Shown in pieces: positions 1-9,116 of a DNA stretch of 32,000 bases. The DNA is from Mucisphaera calidilacus. Lineage in GTDB: Bacteria > Planctomycetota > Phycisphaerae > Phycisphaerales > Phycisphaeraceae. A model generated the notes under the pieces. That model did no database searches, had not been told where the DNA came from, and saw only the letters and a list, made by a program, of their open reading frames with translations. Location of the stretch: NCBI RefSeq assembly GCF_007748075.1, contig NZ_CP036280.1, positions 180,001 through 212,000 of the forward strand. The letters are read 5' to 3'. The position numbers were made by a program, and so were the translations under genes. Positions within the stretch are counted from its first letter, which is position 1. The number at the start of each line of letters is the position of its first letter.

Positions 1-719
1 CGGCGCTACATCTGGTCGGATCGCGGCCGAGTCATGGGCTGGTGGCGATGGGGGAGGACGCGATGCCCGATGGCGTGGTGCGTCGGCTGGAGGGGCTGGA
101 CTGGGTTGAGGGTCCGTGGGGGCAGTCGCATCAGGGGGCTGGGCTGTACGCAAGCGTCAAGCTGGCCATGGGGTTGGATCGTGAGGCGGAGCGAGTGTGG
201 GAGGATGCTTATTTTGATTGGGTGCTGGCGGCGTTCGATCCGGAGTCGGGGCTGTTACGCCGGGGTTGTCTACCGGGCCAGCATGCCGGTTCGGCGGGGA
301 TTCATGCGCACATGGCGGGCACGTTTCATTACCTGTTCTGCATGGAATCGGCTCGTGTGCCGCTGCCTTACCCCGAGCGGATGATCGACACGTGTCTGGC
401 GATGAAGCCGGGTAATGCGTGTCCGGGTCTGGGGTGCAGCGTGGGCTTTATCACGGTCGATTGGGTTTATTGCCTGACGCGGGCGCTGCGTCAGTGCGGG
501 CACCGTTTTGATGAGGTGCGTGCCGCGGTGCGCGAGGTGGTTACGGGATTGGTGACGTACCTGCGTGGTCTGGATCATGCGTCGGACGTCGGGTTCAACG
601 ACCTGCACGCGTTGTTTGGTGTGTTCTGCGCTCTGGCCGAGGCGCAGGCGGCGTTGCCGGGTTTGTTGCGGACGGACCGTCCGTTGCGGCTGGTGCTGGA
701 CGTTCGGCCGTTTATCTGA
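1..719 (+). CDS. Hypothetical protein, C-terminal part (5' end outside the window)
   Basis: Frame 3 is open from the left edge (…ALHLVGSRPSHGLVAMGED…) to the TGA at 717-719. Codon position 3 is GC-rich. I recognise no family motif. Confidence 0.5.
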   Translation, partial: ALHLVGSRPSHGLVAMGEDAMPDGVVRRLEGLDWVEGPWGQSHQGAGLYASVKLAMGLDREAERVWEDAYFDWVLAAFDPESGLLRRGCLPGQHAGSAGIHAHMAGTFHYLFCMESARVPLPYPERMIDTCLAMKPGNACPGLGCSVGFITVDWVYCLTRALRQCGHRFDEVRAAVREVVTGLVTYLRGLDHASDVGFNDLHALFGVFCALAEAQAALPGLLRTDRPLRLVLDVRPFI

Positions 720-724
720 GGTAA

Positions 725-2458
725 TCAGGGTGCGGCGGCGGTTCCGCCGCGTCGGTGGTCGGCGACGCCGGTGCGTGTGCCGGTCTTGGGATCGATGCGG
801 ATGGAGTGAGCGGCGCCTTGGGGACCGGTGCGGACGCGGACGGCGTGGCCGAGGCCGCGAAGGTCCTGGAGGGTGGATTCGGCGATGCCGGGTTCGACGA
901 CGAGTTCGTCGGGGAACCAGCCGTGATGGATGCGGGGTTCGTCGATGGTCTGGGCGAGGGGCTGGTTGTAGTCGAGGGTGGAGACGAGGATGCCGAGGAC
1001 GGTGTTGATGATGGTGCGTCCGCCGGGAGAGCCGGTGACGAGGATGGCTTTGCCGTGTTGCCGGACGATCGTGGGCGACATGGAACTGAGCATGCGTTTG
1101 CCCGGCTCGATGATGTTGGCGGGCGTGCCGATGCGTCCTTTACGGTCGGTGTGGCCGGGCTTCCAGTTGAAGTCGCCCATCTCGTTGTTGTAGACGAAGC
1201 CGAGTCCGGGCGTGATGATGCGGCTGCCCCAGGCCTGTTCGAGGGTGGTGGTGTTGGCGACGGCCATGCCTTGCTCGTCGATGACGGAGAAGTGGGTGGT
1301 GCTGGGGCTTTCGTCGGCGAGTTGGATGGGTGGTGCGAGCTCTTCGCTGGGCGTAGTCTTGTCGGGGTTGATGGACTGGGCGAGGCTTCGGGCGTAAGCC
1401 TTGGTGGTGAGTTCGGCGAGGGGGACCTCGACGAAGTCGGTGTCGCCGAGGTGTTTGGCGCGTTCGCTGAAGGCGCGTTTCATGGCCTCGGTCATGAGGT
1501 GGAGGGTGCGGACGCTGTAGCGTTCGTCGGCGACGAGGTCGTAGCGTTCGAGCATGTTGAGCATGAGGGTGATGGTGACGCCGCCGGAGCTGGGCGGGGG
1601 TGCGCCGTAGACGTCGTGTCCCAGGTAGGTGGTGTGGATGGCCTTGCGTGTGCGTGCTTCGTAGCCGGCGAGGTCGGTGGTGGTGATGATGCCGCCTTGG
1701 GCTTTCATGTCGTCGGCGATGGCCTGCGCGACCTTGCCCTGGTAGAAGCCCTTGCTGCCCTGGTGCGCGATCGTTTCGAGGGTGTTGGCGAGGTCGGGGA
1801 GTTGGAGGCGGTCGCCTGCCTGCCAGTCGGTGCCGTCGGGTTTGCCGTAAACGCGTCGGAGTTCGGCGAGGTTGTCGGCGGTTTGGGTCTTTTCCTTCTT
1901 GAGGACACTGTTCAGTGAGCCCGCGAGGTGTTCGTCGACGGTGAAGCCGTTGCGGGCGAGTTCGACGGCGGGTGTGACAAGGTCGGCCCATTCGAGGGAG
2001 CCGAACTTGTGGTGTGCCTGTTCCATGCCGGCGACGGTGCCGGGCACGCCCGCGTGTCGGTGGTGGTGCCGGTTCTCGCCGAATGTGTACATGTCGGTGG
2101 TTGCGTCGAGGGGCGCGGTTTCGCGGTAGTCGATGCAGACGACCTCTTTGTGGGGTGGCGCGACGAGCATGAACCCGCCACCGCCGATGTTGCCGGCTTC
2201 GGGCCACGTGACAGCGAGGGCGAACTGGGTGGCGATGGCGGCGTCGACGGCGTTGCCGCCCTGGCGGAGGACGTCGGCGCCGATGCGGGAGGCGACGTCT
2301 GAGTTGGAGGCGACCATGCCGGTGGTCGAAGTGGTGACCTGGGCTTTCGTGGCGGCTTCGGGCTGCGTCTTCGTCGGCGCTGGTTGTGGTTCGGTCGGCT
2401 GTGTGGCGGTGCAGGCGCAGAGGGCGAGGAGGCAGAGGGTGAGGAGCACGCGTTTCAT
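725..2458 (-). CDS. ggt: Gamma-glutamyltransferase (gamma-glutamyltranspeptidase), probably a lipoprotein or secreted
   Basis: 577 aa. The N-terminal signal has a Cys lipobox-like LLALCAC. The autoprocessing/catalytic Thr lies in the context PSTTHFSVIDEQG. GSPGGRTIINTV and the small-subunit region are conserved as in the Ntn-hydrolase GGT family. Confidence 0.93.
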   Translation of the reverse strand: MKRVLLTLCLLALCACTATQPTEPQPAPTKTQPEAATKAQVTTSTTGMVASNSDVASRIGADVLRQGGNAVDAAIATQFALAVTWPEAGNIGGGGFMLVAPPHKEVVCIDYRETAPLDATTDMYTFGENRHHHRHAGVPGTVAGMEQAHHKFGSLEWADLVTPAVELARNGFTVDEHLAGSLNSVLKKEKTQTADNLAELRRVYGKPDGTDWQAGDRLQLPDLANTLETIAHQGSKGFYQGKVAQAIADDMKAQGGIITTTDLAGYEARTRKAIHTTYLGHDVYGAPPPSSGGVTITLMLNMLERYDLVADERYSVRTLHLMTEAMKRAFSERAKHLGDTDFVEVPLAELTTKAYARSLAQSINPDKTTPSEELAPPIQLADESPSTTHFSVIDEQGMAVANTTTLEQAWGSRIITPGLGFVYNNEMGDFNWKPGHTDRKGRIGTPANIIEPGKRMLSSMSPTIVRQHGKAILVTGSPGGRTIINTVLGILVSTLDYNQPLAQTIDEPRIHHGWFPDELVVEPGIAESTLQDLRGLGHAVRVRTGPQGAAHSIRIDPKTGTRTGVADHRRGGTAAAP

Positions 2459-2500
2459 GGTGGTTGCTTTCCTGAGGCTTCGGGTTTCGATGGCCCGTTT

Positions 2501-4267
2501 CTAGCAGAAGATCCAGACCGTGGCGGTCCAGCAGAAGGCGGCGAGTCCCATGGCGACGGATGCGGGGACGATCTGCGTTCGGACGTGGTCCATGAGGTCG
2601 GCGCCGGAGACCATGGAGCTGAGGACGGTGGTGTCGGAGATGGGCGAGCACTGGTCGCCATAGAGCGATCCGTTGAGGATGGTGGCGAAGCAGACCATCA
2701 TGTAGAGCTGGGGATTGGCGAGGTCGTGGGACTGTGCGACGGCCCAGGCGAGCGGCATGCCTAGGGGGAAGGCGACGGCGTAGGTGCCCCAGCTGGTGCC
2801 GGTGGAGAAGGAGATGATCATCGTGAGGGCGAGGAGCCCGAGGGGCAGGGCGACGTAGTGGATGGACTCGCCGAGCAGGGAGACGAGGAAGGCGGCGCCG
2901 CCCGCGTCCTTGGAGAGGTTGCCGACCATGATGGCGGTGACAAGGATGACGGCGGCGAGGGCAACGGCCTTGATGCCCAGGCCGACGCCATCGACGAGTT
3001 CGGTCAGGGCGAGCCCGCGTGCGAGTTCCATGACGATGGCGGCGATGAGTCCGATGAAGAAGGCCCAGGTGACGTCGGGCGATCCGGTGGCGAAGTAGGT
3101 GCCGAGCGCGGTGGCGATCAGGAGGGCGAGGGGGAGGACGAAGCTCCAGAGGGAGGGGATGTGTCCTTCGGGGACCTCGGGGTTCTCGAGTTCCTGTGAG
3201 GAAAGAGGTTCGGAGCCGGGGGCGTTGAGCTGCCCGGTGGTGCGTGCGCGGGTGATGGCGTCGCGGAAGCGTCGGCCGATGAAGGGGAGTTTCTCGAAGC
3301 TGAGCAGGAGGGTTCCGATGACGGCGAAGAGGGCGTAGAAGCTCAGGAAGATGGAGGCGAAGTAGAACGCCATGCGGCTGGACTCGGTGGCGAGGAAGGC
3401 GACGCCCGGGACGAAGATGAGCCCCTGGACGTAGGCGGGCCATGCGTTGAAGGGGATGAGTGCAGCGATGGGCGAGGCGGTGGAGTCGACGACGTAGGAG
3501 AGTTCTTCGTGGCTGACCTTCTCGCGGTCGGCGATGGGACGTGCGGTCGCGCCGACCATGACGGTGGAGATGGTCCCGCCCTGGAAGAAGCAGACGCCCA
3601 GGAGCCAGGTGAGGAACTTGGCGGTTTTGGGTCCGGTGACGATCGAGCGTGCGGCCCATTCGGCGAAGGCCTGGGCGGCGCCGGATCGTGCCCAGATGCC
3701 GACGAGGGCGCCGAGCAGCCCGCAGTAGAGGAGGATGACCTCGGTGACGGAATCGAGGACCATGGTGGGCTTGAGCACGTCATCGACGATGTTGTAGCGG
3801 CCGAGGAGCAGGACGCCCGAGAGCACGCCGCCGAGCAGCGCGGTGAGGGGCTCGCGGGTGGCGACGCAGAGGAGGATGGCGGTGAAGGCGGGGAGCAATG
3901 ACCACCAGTGCCAGTGCCTGTAGGCGCGGAGTTCGAGGTACACGCGGGTCTCGCCTGTCTCGCGGAAGACGATCTGGCTCTTGATGGCGGGGGCTTGCCC
4001 GTCGGCGACCAGAGCTTCGAGGTTGGCGGGCGTGATGGGGGATTCGGTGTAGGGCACGGCGTCGGCGAGGGAAGTCTCCTTCTCGCGGAGGATGTAGGCC
4101 CAGGATCCGTCGTCGGTCGGGTAGGCGTCGAGGGTGGTGGACTGGCTGACCCAGGCCGGCGGGAGGAAGAGGCCGACGAGCAGCGAGGCGGTCATGCAGG
4201 CGGCGAACAGCCAGATGCCCGGGTGCTTGATGCGCGCGGCGAGCGAGCGAGATTCGGTTGTGGACAC
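2501..4267 (-). CDS. NhaC-family Na+/H+ antiporter-like membrane transporter
   Basis: 588 aa polytopic membrane protein. It has segments typical of the NhaC C-terminal family (GGTISTVMVGATARPIADREKVSHEELSYVVDSTASPIAALIPFNAW). GTG start at 4267 with a GGAAGG Shine-Dalgarno about 9 nt upstream. It lies 42 bp upstream of ggt on the same strand. Confidence 0.8.
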   Translation of the reverse strand: MSTTESRSLAARIKHPGIWLFAACMTASLLVGLFLPPAWVSQSTTLDAYPTDDGSWAYILREKETSLADAVPYTESPITPANLEALVADGQAPAIKSQIVFRETGETRVYLELRAYRHWHWWSLLPAFTAILLCVATREPLTALLGGVLSGVLLLGRYNIVDDVLKPTMVLDSVTEVILLYCGLLGALVGIWARSGAAQAFAEWAARSIVTGPKTAKFLTWLLGVCFFQGGTISTVMVGATARPIADREKVSHEELSYVVDSTASPIAALIPFNAWPAYVQGLIFVPGVAFLATESSRMAFYFASIFLSFYALFAVIGTLLLSFEKLPFIGRRFRDAITRARTTGQLNAPGSEPLSSQELENPEVPEGHIPSLWSFVLPLALLIATALGTYFATGSPDVTWAFFIGLIAAIVMELARGLALTELVDGVGLGIKAVALAAVILVTAIMVGNLSKDAGGAAFLVSLLGESIHYVALPLGLLALTMIISFSTGTSWGTYAVAFPLGMPLAWAVAQSHDLANPQLYMMVCFATILNGSLYGDQCSPISDTTVLSSMVSGADLMDHVRTQIVPASVAMGLAAFCWTATVWIFC

Positions 4268-4337
4268 GAGTGATGCCTTCCCAAGCGTTTTCGTGACGCG
4301 GTGGCGTCATTGTAAAGGACAACGGGGGAAGGGGTTG

Positions 4338-4904
4338 TCACGCGTCGAGGATGGTGGCGTTGATGCCGCGTCGCGTGATCTGTGCGCGGACCCGGGGCGG
4401 CGGCGCGACAGCGATGGCGTGATCGGCCTGCTGCCAGATGACGAGGTCGGGTCGTGCGTCGCCCGCGTAGGCGAAGCCGGTGTGGTTGTGTTGCGTGCAC
4501 CAGTCGCGGATGGCGTCGAGTTTGCGGCCTGCCTTGAGGTTGTTGCGTTGTTCGCTGGCGAGGACGTCGTCGAAGACGCCGAGGTGGTCGGCGACGTGTT
4601 GCGCGGGTTCGCGGTGGGAGGCGGTGGCGAGGATGACGGGTTGGCCTGCGTCGCGGGCGGACCGGATGAGTTCGAGGACGGCGGGCCGATAGGGGAGCCT
4701 GGTGATGTCGAGTCGGGCGCGTCGGTAGGCGAGGCGTTTGAGTTCGGGCCGGCCTCGGAACAGCCAGGTGATCAGGAGGGCGGGGATCTGCCAGGGGCGG
4801 TGTTTGAGGACGCCAAGGAGGCTCTGGTTGAAGACGTCGGTGGCGATGAGGGTGCCGTCGAGGTCGACGAAGAGGGGGAGGGGTTGGGTGGGTGGCGGGT
4901 TCAC
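4338..4904 (-). CDS. HAD-superfamily hydrolase (HAD-IB-like)
   Basis: 188 aa. HAD motif I is FVDLDGTLIATD, and a later ILATAS and AYAGDARPD are consistent with motifs II-IV. GTG start with a weak RBS, so the start is uncertain. Confidence 0.7.
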   Translation of the reverse strand: MNPPPTQPLPLFVDLDGTLIATDVFNQSLLGVLKHRPWQIPALLITWLFRGRPELKRLAYRRARLDITRLPYRPAVLELIRSARDAGQPVILATASHREPAQHVADHLGVFDDVLASEQRNNLKAGRKLDAIRDWCTQHNHTGFAYAGDARPDLVIWQQADHAIAVAPPPRVRAQITRRGINATILDA

Positions 4905-5041
4905 GGGGTCAGTTTAAAGGGGTGACGACCCGAGGTGTCGCTTGGCGAGGCGTGTCCGGCAGAGATGACCTGAGGTGACGTCCGGAGGTGTTACTTGTGA
5001 CACGTTCGAGGCGGGGCCGCCTCGCTGGAAGTTCCGCAGAA

Positions 5042-5115
<74 letters not shown>

Positions 5116-5154
5116 TAGCGTGGCCTCAGTATACCCGTTGGGTGGGTGGAGGGT

Positions 5155-6267
5155 TTATGCGGTTTCGAGGTAGGCGGCGAGCAGGCTGATGGCGGCCTTG
5201 AGGTCGTCCTGGTGGACCATCTCGGTGACGGTGTGGATGTAGCGTGTCGGTGTGAGCAGGGTCATGACGGGGATGCCCGCTCCGGCGCGTTGGATGGTTC
5301 CTGCGTCGGTCCCGCCCTTGTGCAGGAGTGTCCGCTGGGCCTTGATCCGTCGCTTTTTAGCGAGTTTCTCGATCTGCTCGTAGAGGTCGAGGTCGGTGAT
5401 GGCGGCGCCGTCCATGACGTTGAGGCCGATGCCCTGACCCTGCTGGGTGACGCGTTCGGTGTCGGGGACGCCGGGCGTGTCGCAGCAGAGCGTGGTGTCG
5501 AGCGCGATGCCGACGTCGGGCTGGAGGCCGTAGGCGGCGGGCCCGGCTCCGCGGAGTCCGACTTCTTCCTGGACGGTGAAGACGATGCTGATCTCGGCGT
5601 CGTGGTGTTTGAGCTGGCGGAGGGCTTCGATGGCGATGTAGCAGGCGACGCGGTTGTCGAGGCACTGGGAGACGATGGTGTCGCCGATGGCCTGCGGCTG
5701 GGCGTCGAGGACGACCATGTCGCCGACGCTGACTTGCTTGTGGACTTCCTTGGCGGGGAGGCCGAGGTCGATGGTGAGGTCTTCGATCTCGGGGACTTTC
5801 TTGCGGTCCTCGGGGGAGGCGATGTGAACGGGTTTCCCGCCGGGGTTGAGCACGCCCGGGAGGTCCTTGTCGGGGTCGCGGACGTCGGGGCAGACGCGGA
5901 CCAGGCGCGCGAAGAGGTTGCGGGTGTCGAAGCCGCCGACGTTGGTGAGTCGGAGGAAGCCGTTGGTGTCGATGTGCTTGACGATGAAGCCGATCTGGTC
6001 CATGTGGGCGGCGACCATGATGCGTGCGGGTCGTGCATCGGCATTGCTGGAGCGTCTTGAGGTCTTGCTCTGGGTTTTGGGGCGGGGCTTTTGTGTGACG
6101 ATCAGCGAGCCGAGCTTGTCGGTGGTGATCTCGTCGGCGAGTTCGGTGACGTGGTCGCTGATGAGGTCGCGGACGCGGTGCTCACGGCCCGGGACGCCTG
6201 GCGTGGTGACGAGTTGGGCGAGGAGTTCGGGGACCTGAGGCTGGGTACGGCGGGGCTTTCGGGCCAT
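5155..6267 (-). CDS. M42-family metallo-aminopeptidase (FrvX / glutamyl aminopeptidase-like)
   Basis: 370 aa. Family signatures present: AAHMDQIGFIV, DNRVACYIAIEAL and FTVQEEVGLRGAG. Confidence 0.9.
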   Translation of the reverse strand: MARKPRRTQPQVPELLAQLVTTPGVPGREHRVRDLISDHVTELADEITTDKLGSLIVTQKPRPKTQSKTSRRSSNADARPARIMVAAHMDQIGFIVKHIDTNGFLRLTNVGGFDTRNLFARLVRVCPDVRDPDKDLPGVLNPGGKPVHIASPEDRKKVPEIEDLTIDLGLPAKEVHKQVSVGDMVVLDAQPQAIGDTIVSQCLDNRVACYIAIEALRQLKHHDAEISIVFTVQEEVGLRGAGPAAYGLQPDVGIALDTTLCCDTPGVPDTERVTQQGQGIGLNVMDGAAITDLDLYEQIEKLAKKRRIKAQRTLLHKGGTDAGTIQRAGAGIPVMTLLTPTRYIHTVTEMVHQDDLKAAISLLAAYLETA

Positions 6268-6455
6268 GTCGGTGTCCTGTGGTTTGAGATTCAGGGTCGG
6301 TCGGATCGTACCGGCTGGGGCCTTGGGGTGTGGATCAAGTGTTGACCGGATCGAACGTTATGGATGATTTTATGGTCTTATTCAGACTAACCTAAAAGCG
6401 TCAGATTCGTTCATTAGGCGTTAAATATCGGGTTTTAGGCTGTATGTGCTGGACA

Positions 6456-6514
6456 TGAATGACCGATGCAGGTAATGTAATGAACGAATTGAACGATTTG
6501 AAAATGGTCATTCA
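6456..6514 (+). promoter_or_regulatory. 9-bp perfect inverted repeat (TGAATGACC ... GGTCATTCA) in the AT-rich leader of the sigma-factor gene
   Basis: The arms are at 6456-6464 and 6506-6514. The 3' arm ends 2 nt before the AGGAGA Shine-Dalgarno (6517-6522). The loop contains tandem GAACGAATT/GAACGATTT (6482-6499) and GTAAT x2 (6472-6481). Function is inferred only. Confidence 0.3.
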
Positions 6515-6528
6515 ACAGGAGATCGATC

Positions 6529-7542
6529 ATGGGAACGACATCAGCCAGTCTTGAGACCCGGACCCGCCTTACCAACGAGTGGACGCTGCCCGAGGGCCTG
6601 AGCGAGGAAGGGCGTGAACGCCTCGGCGAGTTGCTTCCCGAACCGATCGACTTCATGGCGAGTGATCTGTTCAACGACGATCTCGCTATAAAGGCGTTGC
6701 TGGCGGAGGCCGAGGCCATCCCGCGTGCGTCGGTCGATTGGTATTACCACCTCGAGCGGGACACGCCGGTGCTGCAGATGAATCAGGCGTCCGAGCCGCA
6801 GCTGCTCACGCCCGCCCAGGAGCGTGTGATCTTCGTGGCGTTCAACTACTGCCGGTTCCGCGCCGAGGAGGTCCGCAGCAGCATTAAGACGCGTCGCGTG
6901 GGTGCCCGGCAGGCCGAGGCGTTGCTCGACTGGGACGCACGGGCGATGCGGCTTCGTGAGTTCATCGCGGAGTACAATGTCGCTCTGGTGCTGGCCATGG
7001 CGCGGAAGTTCGAGCGCAGCCGGCTGGATTTCTCGGAGATGATCGCCGAGGGCAACCTCGCGCTGATCCGTTCGATCGAGAAGTTTGATGTCAGCCGCGG
7101 GTTCAAGTTCTCGACCTATGCCTGCCGTTCGATCCTCAAGGCGTTCAGCCGTCTGGGCGAGAAGACGTCGCGTTACCGCAGGTTGTTCCCGGTCGAGGCG
7201 AACCCGGACTACGAGCGTTCGGATCACGCCGAGCGCAAAGCCGAGGAGCAGCGTGAGGACTGCACCGAGCAGGTCGCCCGGCTGGTGGATCATGACGCGT
7301 CGGGCCTGACGAGCCTCGAGCGCGAGGTGGTGCGTCAGCGATTTGGTCTTGACGGTGCGAACGAGGGCCAGGCGATGACGCTGCTGCAGGTCGGCCAGAA
7401 GATCGGCATGACCAAGGAGCGCGTGCGTCAGATCCAGAACCGTGCGCTGCGGAAGCTGCGTTCGAGCCTGGAGGAGACGTTCCTCGACGGGCACGTCGAC
7501 CTGTCGATGCCCTTTGTTCAGCCGGCGCTGGTCAACGCCTGA
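6529..7542 (+). CDS. Sigma-70 family RNA polymerase sigma factor
   Basis: 337 aa. Region 2 is EGNLALIRSIEKFDVSRGFKFSTYACRSILKAF. The region 4.2 helix-turn-helix is MTLLQVGQKIGMTKERVRQIQNRALRKLR. ATG start is preceded by AGGAGA. Confidence 0.9.
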   Translation: MGTTSASLETRTRLTNEWTLPEGLSEEGRERLGELLPEPIDFMASDLFNDDLAIKALLAEAEAIPRASVDWYYHLERDTPVLQMNQASEPQLLTPAQERVIFVAFNYCRFRAEEVRSSIKTRRVGARQAEALLDWDARAMRLREFIAEYNVALVLAMARKFERSRLDFSEMIAEGNLALIRSIEKFDVSRGFKFSTYACRSILKAFSRLGEKTSRYRRLFPVEANPDYERSDHAERKAEEQREDCTEQVARLVDHDASGLTSLEREVVRQRFGLDGANEGQAMTLLQVGQKIGMTKERVRQIQNRALRKLRSSLEETFLDGHVDLSMPFVQPALVNA

Positions 7543-7568
7543 AAAACGAATCAGAACCTTCTCAGCGG

Positions 7569-7610
7569 CGCCTGATGTCCCCACGGAGACGTCAGGCGTC
7601 TTATCATTGG
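7569..7610 (+). terminator. Possible terminator or attenuator hairpin between the sigma-factor gene and argG
   Basis: CGCCTGATGTC (7569-7579) pairs with GACGTCAGGCG (7588-7598): 11 bp including one G-U, 8-nt loop. It is followed by a T-rich but interrupted TCTTATCATT. Confidence 0.35.
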
Positions 7611-7631
7611 GGTTTCCCTCTGGAGAGTGCC

Positions 7632-8867
7632 ATGTCCGCGAAAGACAACCCCAAGAAGATCGTGCTCGCCTACTCGGGCGGGCTGGACACGTCCGTGATC
7701 CTGCCCTGGCTCAAGGATCGTTACCCCGGCGTCAAGCTGGTGGCTTTTGCCGCTGAGCTGGGTCAGGGCGATGAGTTGAAGGGGATTGAGGAGAAGGCGT
7801 ACGCGTCGGGCGCGGACGAGGTGGTGGTGAAGGACCTGCGCCGGGAGTTTGCGGAGGAGTACTGCTACCCGATGATCCGTGCGCACGCGGTGTACGAGAC
7901 GGATTACCTGCTGGGAACGAGTATCGCCCGTCCGCTGATCGCCAAGCACCAGGTGCTGGCGGCGAAGCAGACAAAGGCAGACGCGGTGGGTCACGGCGCG
8001 ACGGGCAAGGGGAACGATCAGGTCCGTTTCGAGCTGACGTACCGGGCGCTGAACCCGCGGCTGAAGATCGTGTCGCCCTGGAAGGATCCGGCGTTCCTGG
8101 CGTCGGGCCTGACGGACCGCGAGACGGCGATTGACTACGCGAAGAAGCACAAGATCCCCATCGAGCAGAGCAAGAAGAAGATCTACTCGCGTGACCGCAA
8201 CCTCTGGCACATCTCGCACGAGGGCGCGGAGATCGAGGACCCGGCGAGCGAGCCGTCGTGGAAGAACTGCCTGGTGATGTCGTTGACGCCTGAGAAGGCG
8301 CCGAACAAGTCGGCGACGGTGACCCTCGGCTTTGCCAGGGGCAATCCGGTTTCGATCGACGGCGAGAAGCTGCGTGGCGAGCAGATCATCGAGAAGCTCA
8401 ACGCGTTGGGCGGTCGGCACGCGGTGGGCACGACGCTGCTGGTCGAGAACCGGCTGGTGGGGATGAAGTCACGGGGCGTCTACGAGACGCCCGGCGGGAC
8501 GATTCTGTACGAGGCGCACAAGGCGCTGGAGCAGGTCTGCCTGGAGCGTGACCTGTTTCACGAGAAGATCCGGTTGGCGTCGCGGTACGCGGAGCTGGTC
8601 TACAACGGCCAGTGGTTCCACCCGTTGCGTGAGGCGTTGCAGGCGTTCTTCGACAGGGCGAACCAGGTGGTGACGGGCGAGGTCAAGGTGCGGCTGTACA
8701 AGGGCACGGCGACGGCGGTGGAGGCGAGCAGCCCGAAGTCGCTTTACGACGAGAAGCTGGCGAGTTTCGCGATGGACGGCTACGACGTGACGGCGGCCCG
8801 AGGCTTTATTGATCTCTATGGTCTGCCCATGACGGTGGCGGGTCGCCGGCAGCCACCGAAGCACTGA
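7632..8867 (+). CDS. argG: Argininosuccinate synthase
   Basis: MSAKDNPKKIVLAYSGGLDTSV carries the N-type ATP-pyrophosphatase motif. HGATGKGNDQVRFE and ENRLVGMKSRGVYETPGG are also present. I prefer the ATG at 7632 (GGAGAG RBS) over the upstream in-frame ATG at 7575. Confidence 0.95.
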   Translation: MSAKDNPKKIVLAYSGGLDTSVILPWLKDRYPGVKLVAFAAELGQGDELKGIEEKAYASGADEVVVKDLRREFAEEYCYPMIRAHAVYETDYLLGTSIARPLIAKHQVLAAKQTKADAVGHGATGKGNDQVRFELTYRALNPRLKIVSPWKDPAFLASGLTDRETAIDYAKKHKIPIEQSKKKIYSRDRNLWHISHEGAEIEDPASEPSWKNCLVMSLTPEKAPNKSATVTLGFARGNPVSIDGEKLRGEQIIEKLNALGGRHAVGTTLLVENRLVGMKSRGVYETPGGTILYEAHKALEQVCLERDLFHEKIRLASRYAELVYNGQWFHPLREALQAFFDRANQVVTGEVKVRLYKGTATAVEASSPKSLYDEKLASFAMDGYDVTAARGFIDLYGLPMTVAGRRQPPKH

Positions 8868-8897
8868 GCGTGACGAACAGGATGATTCGATCTTTTG

Positions 8898-8930
8898 CGG
8901 GCCGTGCCTCTGAGGCGCGGCCCGTTTTTT
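8898..8930 (+). terminator. Rho-independent terminator downstream of argG
   Basis: CGGGCCGTGCC (8898-8908), loop TCTGA, GGCGCGGCCCG (8914-8924), then TTTTTT (8925-8930). Confidence 0.75.
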
Positions 8931-9116
8931 GTGCATGATTCCCGGTTTATCCAGTTGAACGTGAAGGGGGGCAAGGCTTGCGGGGTGCGGTCGTGAATTG
9001 TGGCCGGAGGCTGTTTTTTGAGCTTCTTTGAGTTGGAGTGAGGCCTGTTGAATCGCATACTCCGGTGGCAGCCGGAAGGGCGGCTGACTACGAACCACTC
9101 CGTGAAAGGGAGAACT

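Noticed and set aside
1140-3659. An 839-aa minus-strand ORF spanning ggt and the NhaC-family gene.
   Set aside because: Its composition is extreme in Arg/Pro/His/Thr. It is out of frame with two genes that have clear family motifs. This is a typical shadow ORF of high-GC DNA.
7575-7631. Upstream in-frame extensions given by the ORF track for argG (7575), the PEP-CTERM gene (9048) and the HDOD gene (11310).
   Set aside because: In each case an internal ATG with a good Shine-Dalgarno yields the canonical N-terminus: MSAKDNPKKIVLAYSGG for argG, the signal peptide MRGWMSAAAV for the PEP-CTERM gene, and MAASGTSK for the HDOD gene. The extensions add non-homologous residues.
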